DNA of 63,829 bases, counting the filler, from Craspedostauros australis (taxonomy: Eukaryota), in assembly GCA_030167865.1 (NCBI GenBank). It is 12 parts of 12 records of this genome, joined end to end, with 100 filler letters (N's around TTAATTAATTAA, not from the genome) between each part and the next. Parts side by side here need not be neighbours in the genome. Positions count along the whole stretch, not along the records: positions 24,682 to 29,301 come from JALAGF010004549.1; positions 29,402 to 34,230 come from JALAGF010004550.1; positions 34,331 to 40,196 come from JALAGF010004553.1; 9 more parts are not named here. One strand, written 5' to 3'. Below the pieces are notes generated by a model. It did not search any database and had not been told where the DNA came from. It was given only the letters and a program-made list of their open reading frames with translations. The position numbers and the translations under genes are program-made. Position 1 is the first letter of the stretch. Each line of letters starts with the position of its first letter. Below are positions 24,682 to 36,469 of the stretch, piece after piece.

Positions 24682-27600
24682 GCAGCAGAATCGGTGGATG
24701 GGATGGCGATGTCAACGCCGATGCAAAGCCATCAACGTACGAGTGTTGCGATCACGTACCAGACGTTGATCTATGCAACGGCGCATCTCGTCATTCAATT
24801 GAGACAGAAGATCCGCCAATGCGCGCCGCTTCCTTCATTCGACGAGAACATTCCATCCATCGGTTTGCCCATCGCCGTTGCCATACCGGAAGGTCCGCTC
24901 CTGCCCCTCGTCATCCTCGCGGTGCATTGTCTCAATCATCCCTTCCGACTTGGGCAACGCGATGGCGCAGCGTACCACGGGCACGCGGTCATGATTCCGA
25001 TCGAGCCCAGCCAAGACGCGAAACAGAGGATCGCGCATATGATGGAGGATTCGAGGCCGTTGCTGGTGCTGTCCACGTCGCAAGGCGGTGCCGACTATCA
25101 GATTCTCCGATCTACTGTTGATCGTGACGCTGGAAACAGCAATGGCAACGCAGCTGCCGAAGGGCGGATCAAACCAACTTCATCGGCACGTTACATGCCC
25201 GCCGAAAAATCACACCTCGTTGACTTGCATCAGCTATGCCAGAGTATGCCGTCGATCAACCTAGACATGGAGCATCAGATCTACGAAGTTTTTCGAGTTG
25301 ATTCGGACTCCACCAAGAAAGGCAAGGCACGCGGTGATCACATTTCTCTGAAGCTGGCGATCAACTTCCTTGCGGATACATGGGATGATTCAGATCGAAT
25401 GGACAGCAGCAGTGCGTCCACTATCTCGGCAGAAACGCATACGATACCGAACGACATCGCGTCTCACAATCGGCTTTCGCATATGGTCTACACGTCCGGC
25501 ACGACGGGATGGCCGAAGGGTTGCATGTCCTCCATCCAGTCGTTGGACAACTACCTGCGTGCCAAGAACGAAGCGCATTCTGTCACATCCAAATCTACAG
25601 TTCTGTTGGCAAGTGCGCTGTCCTTCGATCCATGCATGTCCGATGTGTTGGCCACCTTCCTATGCCAAGCGACGCTGGCCATCGCGCCACGGTCAAGGCT
25701 CGTCAGTCATCTCTCACAGATCCTTCGGCAGCTGCACGTCACGCACTTGCTGTGCACGCCGACGTTGTTTCGTTTGGTCCAGGAGCCGCCCTCTGCGTTT
25801 CCGCAATTGCGGACGTTGGCGTTGGGTGGCGAACCCATTCCGGCATCTATCCGGCGTGTTTGGGGAGCGGGCGCAACGGCAACGAGCAAGACGGAATGTA
25901 AGCTGTTCGCCACGTATGGTGTGACGGAAGCATGCGTATATCAAACCATGGGAGAAGTGTGCCATTCGCCATCATTGCCAGCGTCGCCATCGTCTTTGTC
26001 TCACGCTCAAGCCGTCACGAGCAATCAAGCGAAGGCTGCGACGCGGGCCACCGGAAAAGGGCTCGTTGGACTACCTTTCCCAGGCATGCATGTGCAGATC
26101 TGTGTGGAAGCAATTCAAGACAGAATCGTTCCCGTTGCGCAAGATGATGGTGGCGTTGCCAACGGCCCTGATAGATTCGGAGAGATTGTGCTTTCTGGCA
26201 ATCAACTGGATGAATTCTCCGGATACTGGAATCGCAATGACTTGCATCACAAATTCATTTGCGAGACTCAATCTGCTGCAACACGGTGCTTCTACCGAAC
26301 AGGCGACAGGGGATACGTCGACCACGATGGCAGCATCCATGTGATGGGGCGAATCCAAGGCGAGGAAGGCATGATCAAGCATAATGGTGTTCGGATCGAG
26401 CTAAACGAGATCGCTGCGGCCATGGAGGAGTGGCCAGGCACGTCATCAAGCATCGTCCAAGGCTGCGTCGTCGTGGCGCGTACGGTTCCATTGCATCAAG
26501 GGTCCGAACAGAGCGGCGCTTCCCATGACGATGGAGATGGCGCCATTGGTAGTGACGACGATACGAAGACAGAAATTCATGCCTACGTTGTGCTCACGGA
26601 TTCCTGTCTCCGTAGCATGGGGGTTCGATTCGATTCATCAAGGAAGCAGCCGCCGGCCTATCTCATCAGTACCAGCCCCCTCTGGACACTACTTCGCGCG
26701 GCATGCCTGTCCAGGATCAAATCGGCATGTGTGCCGTCGAGCTTCGTGTTGATCTCCCAAATACCACTATCACCAACGGGCAAGAGAGACAACAGGCAGT
26801 TACCTCGGTTGCAGGACTGTCTCAAGTTTAACTTTGCCAAGCAAGCCAACAGCGGCATCGGAAACGATACTTGCGATGACGACGAGAACAGCGGTGACGA
26901 TGAAGGGAATACGCCACTGGCAGAATACGGCAACACGGGAAGGCTCGTCGCCGAACAAATCATCGAGTGTCTGAATCTGCAACAGTGCCAACAATCCATG
27001 CTCACCATCGATGCCAGCTTTGGCATGCTCGGAGGAGACTCCCTGGCCGCGACGCGGATCACGCGTGCCTTGTACGCAATGCATCATAACATCAACAACA
27101 CTCGGCATCTCGGTGGAGAATACGGAACATTGGAGGGACCCTTCAATGTTGTTCATATCCTTCGCGCGACGAAGCTGAAGCATTACATCGACATGCTTGA
27201 CGATCACAATGTTTGCAGCCACGCTTGGGATCATGAAAAGCAAAGTGGGACAGCTAATTCCGCGACCCAAACATCATCGCCGTCGCCAATGGCAACCACA
27301 GACGTTGCATCGCCGCATGACGCCGAACAACAGCGACTGTACGACGCGCTGCTGCAGGCGTGCACCTTGCAACAGACGGACGTCGCCATNGGACTGCTGC
27401 AGTTCGGCGCCGACCCCAACTGGGGNGCGCACGGTGGACGGTTGGGCAAGACCTCCGGCCGCATCGCGCAGAAGCAAANCTTCCGATCCAGCCCCCTGCA
27501 CCTGGCCGCGGCGAAGGGCGATGCGCGTCTNGTGCACAAGCTCCTCGCCTGCGANGCCAAATGGAACACGCCGGATGCATCGGGATTGTATCCGCTGCAT

Positions 27601-28089
27601 TTGGCGGCCGCCTCCCATTCTCGATTGTTGCGGGCGGGGCTTGTCGAGACCAACGAAGATGATCAGGAACGTCTGGATTGCGTCAAGATGCTTCTGCAGA
27701 GCGGATCCCCCATCAAGATGAGGGACGGCAACAAGCAGAGCGTGTTGCACTGCGCCGCCCGAGCCGGGCACACCGCGATCGTGGAGTACGTCATGCAGGA
27801 ACGCATGCACGACGAGGACGCGAATCCAAGCGATCATGACTTCAATTGCTTCGATCGCTGGTACAGAACGCCTGCGCATTGGGCCGTGCTGAATGGCCAT
27901 GCGGAGTCCTTGGCCGTCCTGCTGCAGCACGGCTGTCACCCCGATCCGCCGAAACCCAAGGTGAACAGGAAATCCAGCGCCGCCGTCGAAAGTCCGATGG
28001 AGATGTGCGAACGTATCCATGGCGATGATTCCGAAGTCGGACGTCGCATGATGGATCTGCTGATGAAAACCCAGCGCGGAATGGATTGA
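24682..28089 (+). CDS. NRPS-like monomodular enzyme: adenylation domain + phosphopantetheine carrier domain + C-terminal ankyrin repeats (possibly 5'-incomplete at the spacer)
   Basis: A-domain motifs YTSGTTGWPKG, SFDP, TYGVTE, GEIVLSG, YRTGD, GR...IKHNGVRIELNEI, PLSPTGK. Carrier motif FGMLGGDSL (Ser codon 27040-27042). Ankyrin motifs SPLHLAA, YPLHLAA, SVLHCAARAGH, TPAHWAVLNGH. Confidence 0.9.
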   Translation, partial: AAESVDGMAMSTPMQSHQRTSVAITYQTLIYATAHLVIQLRQKIRQCAPLPSFDENIPSIGLPIAVAIPEGPLLPLVILAVHCLNHPFRLGQRDGAAYHGHAVMIPIEPSQDAKQRIAHMMEDSRPLLVLSTSQGGADYQILRSTVDRDAGNSNGNAAAEGRIKPTSSARYMPAEKSHLVDLHQLCQSMPSINLDMEHQIYEVFRVDSDSTKKGKARGDHISLKLAINFLADTWDDSDRMDSSSASTISAETHTIPNDIASHNRLSHMVYTSGTTGWPKGCMSSIQSLDNYLRAKNEAHSVTSKSTVLLASALSFDPCMSDVLATFLCQATLAIAPRSRLVSHLSQILRQLHVTHLLCTPTLFRLVQEPPSAFPQLRTLALGGEPIPASIRRVWGAGATATSKTECKLFATYGVTEACVYQTMGEVCHSPSLPASPSSLSHAQAVTSNQAKAATRATGKGLVGLPFPGMHVQICVEAIQDRIVPVAQDDGGVANGPDRFGEIVLSGNQLDEFSGYWNRNDLHHKFICETQSAATRCFYRTGDRGYVDHDGSIHVMGRIQGEEGMIKHNGVRIELNEIAAAMEEWPGTSSSIVQGCVVVARTVPLHQGSEQSGASHDDGDGAIGSDDDTKTEIHAYVVLTDSCLRSMGVRFDSSRKQPPAYLISTSPLWTLLRAACLSRIKSACVPSSFVLISQIPLSPTGKRDNRQLPRLQDCLKFNFAKQANSGIGNDTCDDDENSGDDEGNTPLAEYGNTGRLVAEQIIECLNLQQCQQSMLTIDASFGMLGGDSLAATRITRALYAMHHNINNTRHLGGEYGTLEGPFNVVHILRATKLKHYIDMLDDHNVCSHAWDHEKQSGTANSATQTSSPSPMATTDVASPHDAEQQRLYDALLQACTLQQTDVAXGLLQFGADPNWXAHGGRLGKTSGRIAQKQXFRSSPLHLAAAKGDARXVHKLLACXAKWNTPDASGLYPLHLAAASHSRLLRAGLVETNEDDQERLDCVKMLLQSGSPIKMRDGNKQSVLHCAARAGHTAIVEYVMQERMHDEDANPSDHDFNCFDRWYRTPAHWAVLNGHAESLAVLLQHGCHPDPPKPKVNRKSSAAVESPMEMCERIHGDDSEVGRRMMDLLMKTQRGMD

Positions 28090-28669
28090 TGTGGATTGAT
28101 GTGGATTGATGTGGACAGAGCAAAGGTATGACGCACGCTTGCTCCTGCAAATGGAATGCGCCGAGGGTGGTCATGTTTCGCGATGGCCCACAGAGATCAA
28201 GAACGAATGTTCGAATTGTTGACATCATTAGTCGAACGAGTCAATACTGCGAAGACAATCAGAAGCGTTAGGAAAAAGAGAAGCACAAGGAACACAACAG
28301 ACTTCGAGAGGTCAATAAATCCTTCGAGACAACACAGGATCAGACACGCACGCACAGCACAAAGATCGACGCGTCGTCAACAAGGAGGAAAGATCGACTC
28401 GATGCAGATTGCGTTCTCAACGATGACAGCAGAGAGAGGCAGCGAAGGCAATGGTGATGGCAATGGTGATGGCAATGGTGATGACCATGACCATGACGCC
28501 CACAATCGAAAAGAGAAGCACAAGAGAGTCTCCAAGCACTCTGCACCTCATACCGGCACCCACACTCACACCCACACCCACACATCATCATACTCGTAGT
28601 TCATAAGCAAGACCACAAGCAACAGGAACAGCAATAGGAATAGCAATAGATATTGCAGCAACAGCGACC

Positions 28670-29301
28670 ATGACGACCGAAAGCCCTGCCACTGACGCCA
28701 CCACTGCGGAGGCCACCCCAGCAACTGCTTCAGCAGAAGCAGACGCAGCAGAGACAAAGACGGACCTGTCTGCCGCAATCTACTCACCTGATGACATCGA
28801 GGAGATCCTCGTCTACGCCATGCCCGGATCGCAGTTCACCGCCAAGGTCCTGGCGGCCTTCGATGCCTGCAAGATCCCCCACACCTGCTTCTTCGTCAGC
28901 CCGCAGAAGGCCAAGCGCGCGAAGGAGATCCCCAGCGGCGGAACCTTGGTCCCAGAGATCAAGATCACGCTCAAGACCACGGACGAGGCCAAGGACAAAG
29001 CCAAGGACGAAGCCAAGGACGAGGACAGCACCATCCTCCTCAAGGACAGCGAGCACATCCTGGAGTGGTTCAACGAGCACTACAAGATGGCAGACGCCGA
29101 CACCCTGGGCTTCTTCCCAACGCCCGAAGCGAGCGTCGCGTCCATTCGCGCCTCCAACGGCCTCCTCGCTGGCTCCGTCTACTTTTACAACTGGGTCTAC
29201 AATGACGGCTACGAGCGCAGCATGAAGGTCTCCGTGCGCCGCTTCCTCTCCATCCCGGAATGGATCCCCGCCTTCGTCACGTCCGCTCCGCTCGATATGC
29301 T
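28670..29301 (+). CDS. GST N-terminal (thioredoxin-fold)-like protein, 3'-truncated by spacer
   Basis: VYAMPGSQFTAKVLAAF...KIPH, cis-Pro-like motif TLVPEI and DSEHILEWF match the GST-N layout; strong C/G-ending codon bias. Confidence 0.7.
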
Positions 29302-31408
29302 NNNNNNNNNNNNNNNNNNNNNNNNNNNNNNNNNNNNNNNNNNNNTTAATTAATTAANNNNNNNNNNNNNNNNNNNNNNNNNNNNNNNNNNNNNNNNNNN
29401 NCGGATCGCTTGCCAGTCAAGCCTCTGCCTACAGCTAAAGAACAGCCAACAAGACAACAGCCATTACGTTTGGGCTCTATTAAGGAGAGGGGGATGCCTT
29501 CGGAGGCTGTGGTGCCATCGGGACCGACGAGGGTGGCGAGGTTGGCCATGGGAAAGACGAGCGCGGTCATTCCGTGGAGCATGAGGAGTCCGCCGAGCTG
29601 ACGCTTGTCGCTCTTGAATCGTTCTTGGCCGATCATGTTGTTGCTGCTGTTGTTGTTGGTATTGCTTTTGTTCATGTTGCTGGTGGTGGTGTTATTGATG
29701 ATGATATTCGTTGCTTTGCTTTGCTAGTTGCTGAGTTGCTTTTCTTAGTTGCTTGCTTCTGAATTGTTGCTGTTGCTGATTTGTGAGATGAGGAGTGGCA
29801 GATACAAAGACACTTGAGAATCTCACACGATGGAGATGCCACAAGATGAATGAGGATTCATTGTCAATGCAGAGAGTGGCATCTTCCTGCAAGTAGAGAG
29901 TGGGTGCTGCAATCTCTCGCACTCGTAGTTGTACGAGTATGTTACGGTAGTCGACCAAGGATCAGCAAGGAACGATCCACCATGCGCCATTCACAATCCA
30001 AGACACAAGATGCTCCTGATGCATGTGAAGCATGATGCACATGGCATGATGTATCTGTATATGTATGATAGATCGCATTATATGTTCATGGGAGCACCTT
30101 GGCACGATCGTTTTTGATACTGCGCAGGCATTCGACAAGAGGGATCGGCTTTGTTCGGCATCTTCAGGGATGTCGCGGGTTCTCAAATCACCGTTTCCCT
30201 TGGCAGAGGGATCTTTGCGATCTTCGAAGTATCCATTGGTATTGGTCTTCTCGTCCACCGATGATTCATGGTGCAACCATCGCAGCCATGATGATCACGA
30301 TGGCCAAGAGGGAGAATCGGAGTTGACCCGAGCATGATGGCGATGTGCGTGCGGCGATGTTGTTGTTGATGACATCTTGCCCTCTTCCTGCTTCTCTCTG
30401 TTGTTCTTGGTCTGTTGTCGCCACACTTTTGTTCTGTGAATATTAGCGTGTTCTAATTGAGGCAATATGAAGCGGTTCAAAGAGTGTTCCGATTTAACAA
30501 ATCAACCTCTGTTGTTGTTGTTCGTGTTCGAGTCTGTCGAAATCGAACATTCTGTGATATGCGGTAAATACAGGCATGTCAATATTCATATTGAAACAGA
30601 TCTCAACAGAGTGTCCGATTGCAAACAAACAAACAAACAACATGAAGACGCCAGTTTGACCCATTCGATCAAGTTGCAGAACATCACAGAAACGGCGGGA
30701 ATGAATCCTTTTGCCCAACAACAACGCAACAGCGCAACAACACACGGAAGCTGATCGCGGAATTCCCAAATCGACACGACAAGGAACAACCAACACAACC
30801 ACGTCTCAGTCCTCCGACTGTTGTCACCACTGCAACGAAGGCCATCCACAAGAGAAGATGATGTGGCGTCCACGTGCGAATACTCGCACCATCATGGCGA
30901 CCAACATAACATAATCCGCACCATCAATAGAAAGAACTGCGAGAGCAGTGAAGACAGAAATTTCCCACGGTGATTTGCGAGGTCAGCCGCGAACAACACA
31001 ACACAACATCCATCACATCACATCACAACAGGACACTGGTGGCGAAGAAGATCAGGCACGACACTCTCCTCTTCGGCGGTCTCCCCTCATCCCACCAGCA
31101 GGATCAAGCAAGCAAATCTTGTCCTCCCTTCCAGCTTCTCCCGTCATCTTCGCGTATCGTGGACGTTTCTGATCGCCGTGAGCACACCGCCACTATCCTC
31201 CAGACGATACGCAAGTGAGTGACAGTTCCCATCCACTCTTGCCCAATTGATTGGTTGTTTGGTCGGAGGGAATGTTTCCATGGTTCCGATGAACAGGGCG
31301 ATGAATGATTCATCATCACCAAGGCTAACACCACTGCCTCATCGCCTTCGTCTCGTTTATTTCCATTCATCGACACGAACGCACTGTGTTGGATGAGGTT
31401 GCGCAGAG

Positions 31409-33776
31409 ATGTCTGATCTGGGCCGAGCTTCGCGCGGCGCCAACAAAAAGGTTGGTCATGAGACAGACCGATCGAATGGACCCGACGATGATCTCCCACG
31501 GGACGGATATGGACGAACGGAGCTCATGCGGGCTTGTCGTGATGGAGATGTTTGGAAGGTCGAGATTCTGATCGAAGCAAGTCCCTTGCGTATCAACTGC
31601 AGTCTCACCGACTTCAACGGCTTCACGCTGTTCCATCACGCATGCTGCAGCAAAAACTTAGACGTTGTGGAGTACTTGGTTGAATCCACGCAGGTCGATA
31701 TTGACCCAAATGCGCAAACCAGGGACATGTACACGCCATTGCACTTTGCATGCCTTTACAAATCTCTCGACGTGGTCGGGTACTTCTGTACAACGAAGGA
31801 ACTTCGCATCGATCGGTTCCTTCGTGACCATAACGGTGACCTGCCAATTCACATCGCGTGCGCAAACAGGGATCTTTGTGCGCTGAAGTGCCTGGTGCAG
31901 GCTGACCGGACGAAGACAGTTTGCAACACAGCGGATAGGAATAACCGGACGGCACTCCACTATTCATGCGGATACTTCAACAAATCCATGGCGGAGTATC
32001 TCATCAATACCTGCCAATCTAGTCTTGATGTCAACATCCAAGACAAAGACGGCCGAACACCGGCCCATCACATGTCTCAATTGATGGATGGCCAGTTGAT
32101 GAAACTTCTGCTTCGAAAGGATCAAGCCTACGTCGATCTCACCGTCGCGGACAGCAATGGCGAGACACCGTTCCATCTGGCTTGCAAGAGTGCATCGAGA
32201 GAGGTGATTGAGCTCATGATGACATCGACCAAAGCGAAGACCGACCTGGAAAGAACGAACGAGTCCGGTCAAACGCCATTCCACTGTGTGTGCATGAATT
32301 ATGATCGGGGTGTGGCTTTTTGTTTCGCCCAATTGAACCTCGCTTCCATTGATTTCAGCGCACAAGACAAGCAAGGCAATACTCCGATCCACTACGTGTG
32401 CGAAAGAGGATCTACTGGCTTGATGAGAGGCTTGGTGGCACTCGCATTGGAGCAACTCAACGACGCACTTAGCATTCAAAACAAGGCTGGTGAGACGCCA
32501 TTCCATTTGTGCGTGCAGGAATAGAGGTGATGGAGAAGATTTCATCCAGTACCTCATGGAATCGGACCAAATCAAAATTGATTTTGATATCCATGACACG
32601 AACGGCAATACACCATTCTATTCCGCCTGCAAATATGGCAGTGTGGGCGTCGTGAGCTACTTGATTGAATCGAGTGAGGTTGATGGCAGCGTCTATACAA
32701 GAGACAGCACCGGTAATACACCGCTCCATAGTGCATGCGCCAGATATGATGAAGACTTGGTGGAGTACCTTCTTGGGTTGGACGAAGACAACATCGGCAT
32801 GGCATTGCAAAATGATGACGGCAATACACCTCTTCATCTGGCATTAATGAAAGACAGCGTTTCTTTCCTTTGGTGCATCAACGAGAATGAAGATACGTAT
32901 TTCGACATGGAGCTCCAGAACAACGATGGGGACACGCCGCTTCATCTGCTGGTGCGATCCGGCTTCACCAATCATGCGGATTGGTTGGCTGATATTGCGT
33001 CTCGTGATATCGATGGCACCATCCGAAACGACAACGGCAATACTCCGCTCCATCTCGCGTATATGAACGCCAGACCTTACATGCTCGACGCGCTGCTCGA
33101 GTTGAACAACCTGAAGGTGGATGTCAATGCACAGAATAATGATGGCAACACCGCCCTCCATCTTGCATATCAAAATGAGTCATTGCATTTCCTCCAGGAT
33201 AAGTACTTGGATGGATTTCACGAAGATTGCTTTGATATTACCATTCAAAACAACCATGGCGACACCCCAGTCCATTACTCCAGGAAGGATCACAGAGTGC
33301 TTGCCGTTGACCAAGAGATGAAGCTCACGAAACTCTACGATCAAATCCAAAAGGAGATAGTCCCGAATCGTAACTTGGATCAAGGTCGCACCGTCGAAAG
33401 GGGAGATGCGATAGATCGCTTGATCACATCAGCACAACCATTGGCGGATATACAGAACAAGAACGGCGACACACCAATGCACCACGCAGCCCACAACGGG
33501 TTTCTCAACATGGCAGTGTCTCTGATTAAATCAGATGGAGGAGTGGATGTGAGCATTCAGAATCGTCATGGCGATACACCGTTGCACATGGCAAGTTGGA
33601 ATGCTGGAAAGCGAGTGATTGAAGCATTACTCAACAGTGCGGGCGTGATAATTGATTTGGATATCAAGAACAACGCCGGCGAAACTGCGATGGGCATCGC
33701 GAAGACGAAAGGGCACAGTGACATCGTTGCGTTGTTGGGAGGACGAAGGCGGAGAAAGCGCATCAAGTTCATGTGA
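31409..33776 (+). CDS. Long ankyrin-repeat protein (roughly 20 repeats) split by a single +1 frameshift
   Basis: ORFs 31409-32524 and 32490-33776 are both made of GxTPxHxAC repeats. Removing T32510 joins ETPFHL-ACRNRG in repeat register. Basic tail GRRRRKRIKF (NLS-like). Confidence 0.85.
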
Positions 33777-36398
33777 TAATAGAGCTAAACTAGTAACCAC
33801 CTTAGCGAGAGAGACTACGAATCATCCGACTCGTCAGCATTCCAGTAGATCGGACGGACACTTCGCCGAACCCCACGTTTGGAGACAGATCCAGAACCTT
33901 GAAGCGGATCTTCNNNNNNNNNNNNNNNNNNNNNNNNNNNNNNNNNNNNNNNNNNNNNNNNNNNNNNNNNNNNNNNNNNNNNNNNNNNNNNNNNNNNNNN
34001 NNNNNNNNNNNNNNNNNNNNNNNNNNNNNNNNNNNNNNNNNNNNNNNNNNNNNNNNNNACCCACGGTACTTGGGCTACACAACCCACACGCATTGTCATA
34101 CAGGACATCACAGGAGATTCCCCTCGAAGAGAAGAACCATAGCAAGAATCTCATAATCCGCACGTTTCTTCACCATCTACCAGTATTCTAAATTGACTAC
34201 TTGTGGAACAGAAGACTCTCGTCCGGATCGNNNNNNNNNNNNNNNNNNNNNNNNNNNNNNNNNNNNNNNNNNNNTTAATTAATTAANNNNNNNNNNNNNN
34301 NNNNNNNNNNNNNNNNNNNNNNNNNNNNNNGCGCGTTTTTGTTGAGTGACCTTGTGTCATACTCCTCTACATCCATCACAACATCATGCGCACTGCATAC
34401 TCTACGCACACCCTACTATTCTACTCTGCATGATGTTGCTTTTCTGCATAATAGATCTGGATTGTTTGCCAACTGCTATCTTTGTTATTCTAACATGACG
34501 TGCACAATCACCTTCATCATTGAATGGGAAAGAGTAGTCTTTCGCATCTTTGTTTTTGTGTTGTTTGTGTGTCGGAATGTGTATAGGTGTATGTGCATTA
34601 CTCACCCATTATTCTCTTGTACTCTCTGTGCAAACGGCGCTAACATTCATGCCATCAATGAAGCGTGATTGAGTGAATCACATCACGAATTTACGCGCGC
34701 CAATGTGTTCACCATTTCGGAAGGCAATAGGTGAACAACATTATCTGAGAGCATCAGATATTTGGTCTGTCCATCCATTCGACAGAAACAAGTGACATCA
34801 AGCCAAGGTCGAAATATCTCACAACTATGCCCAAAATGACAATACCTTTACCTCCCATCTACATCATCATTGGAATATGGAATGTGAAGGAGTATGGAAT
34901 GACAGCTAGCACTGACACAATGTCATGTGTCCCCACATCAACAGCTGACTCCACATCAGAACAGAATCCAAAGATTCTATTACTGTGGCATCATGGAGAT
35001 CATGGATATGAGTTAAGATTTGGGCTTAGGCGACGCGGATCAGTGGAGGATGCCTCGTGAATCTGCCAGCTTCGAGATAGCCATGTAATGCAGTTCAAGA
35101 GAGGTGTGCTGGTTGAAGAGTTATTGCTGTAATGATGAGTAGAAGAGTACTTTGTAGCTAATCCTTGTCTGTTTATGATGAGTTAGCTTGTAGTGTTAGT
35201 AGGGTGAAGAAACGATGTTGCTCAGCTTGGTGGGACCCTGCACTGATGTACTTGGTTCAGTGCTTGGGGGTAAGCAATTATTGCAGTTCTTTGCTCTCCA
35301 CACACATAGACACACTGTAGTGTAGGTCATGACACTCAATGGTGATGGTCATGAAGCAATGACTGTGGCTTGAGTTCACTCTCGGATTCCATTGCTTGAG
35401 TTGAAGCAGGTTGGATACACGTGTCAAGACTACAGCAATAGTGCAGCAGCCATTAGCACGGATGGAATCAAGATGTGTTGTAGAGAAAGGATCTGAGGAG
35501 CATATAGTTCCCAAGGTGAGATGTAAGTCAGGTCGGTCATGTTTGAGTCATGATGGATTTGTGAATGGAGGAGAGAAAGAAGGGGGAAAAGATTTGGTGG
35601 TCAGTCAAGTCGGAAGATTTCGCGCCAAAACAAGAATTTCTCCCATCAGAGGTGGATACCATGTCCGGTAATAGTCTGCTCGCATTGAATCTCAACTATA
35701 TGTAAAGGAGGAGTTCAACCAAGACTTTGAAAACTCCGCATGAAGCAGTAGGCCAATATGAGACAGGATGATTGAGTACGTATCGGATACAGAGTATCGC
35801 GCACTGATAACATGGAGAGAGAGAGAGTGTTGGAAGGCTCCGCGCACGGAGAATCAGTAGTAGTCACACTCTTTGGCTGTAAGTGTTTCTGTTACTTGCT
35901 ACTGTTACTGTTATCGATTGTTGATGAGCGAGCGTGCAGAATGAGATGATCAAGATGCTCTCTTGATCCATCTCTTCCTTGCTCTCATTACTGGTACAAT
36001 ACTCTTGCACCTCTATGCACATTGCTCTCCTTGTTGTTTGTTGATGTTGACTTGATCGTCAACGTTGTCGTCTCTCTCTCGTTGTCTCGTCGTTGTTCCA
36101 TTCTCGGGTTTTGTTGAATCTGATGATTGATCGAATCTGATGGAAAATATAAATCATATTTCATTCTCTGTAGACCTGGTAGGTAAGGCCTTGATGTGAT
36201 GTCACATGCGGTGGATACTGTGGTATCCGCTGGTATTGCAGTATCCTGACATTGTAGTATCATAGTGTCCTCATGGTATCATGGTAGTATTGTTGTGACG
36301 TCATCAATTATCAGCACAAAACCGAATAGTGCTAAGTACGTTACTCCTGTAGCCCCCACTATCTATAAATTTCACTTGTGTTCGGTTCAGCAATCGCA

Positions 36399-36469
36399 TT
36401 GCCTGTAGCTCAACGGTAGAGCACCAGTAATTCTATCTGAGGTTCCGGGTTTGAAACCCGGCATGGTAC
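36399..36469 (+). tRNA. tRNA-like Pol III unit (pseudo-tRNA or SINE head); isotype undetermined
   Basis: D arm GCTC-AACGGTA-GAGC with A box; T arm CCGGG-TTTGAAA-CCCGG (B box with C>T). Acceptor and anticodon stems imperfect. TATAAAT at 36364-36370 and TTTT at 36475-36478. Confidence 0.65.
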
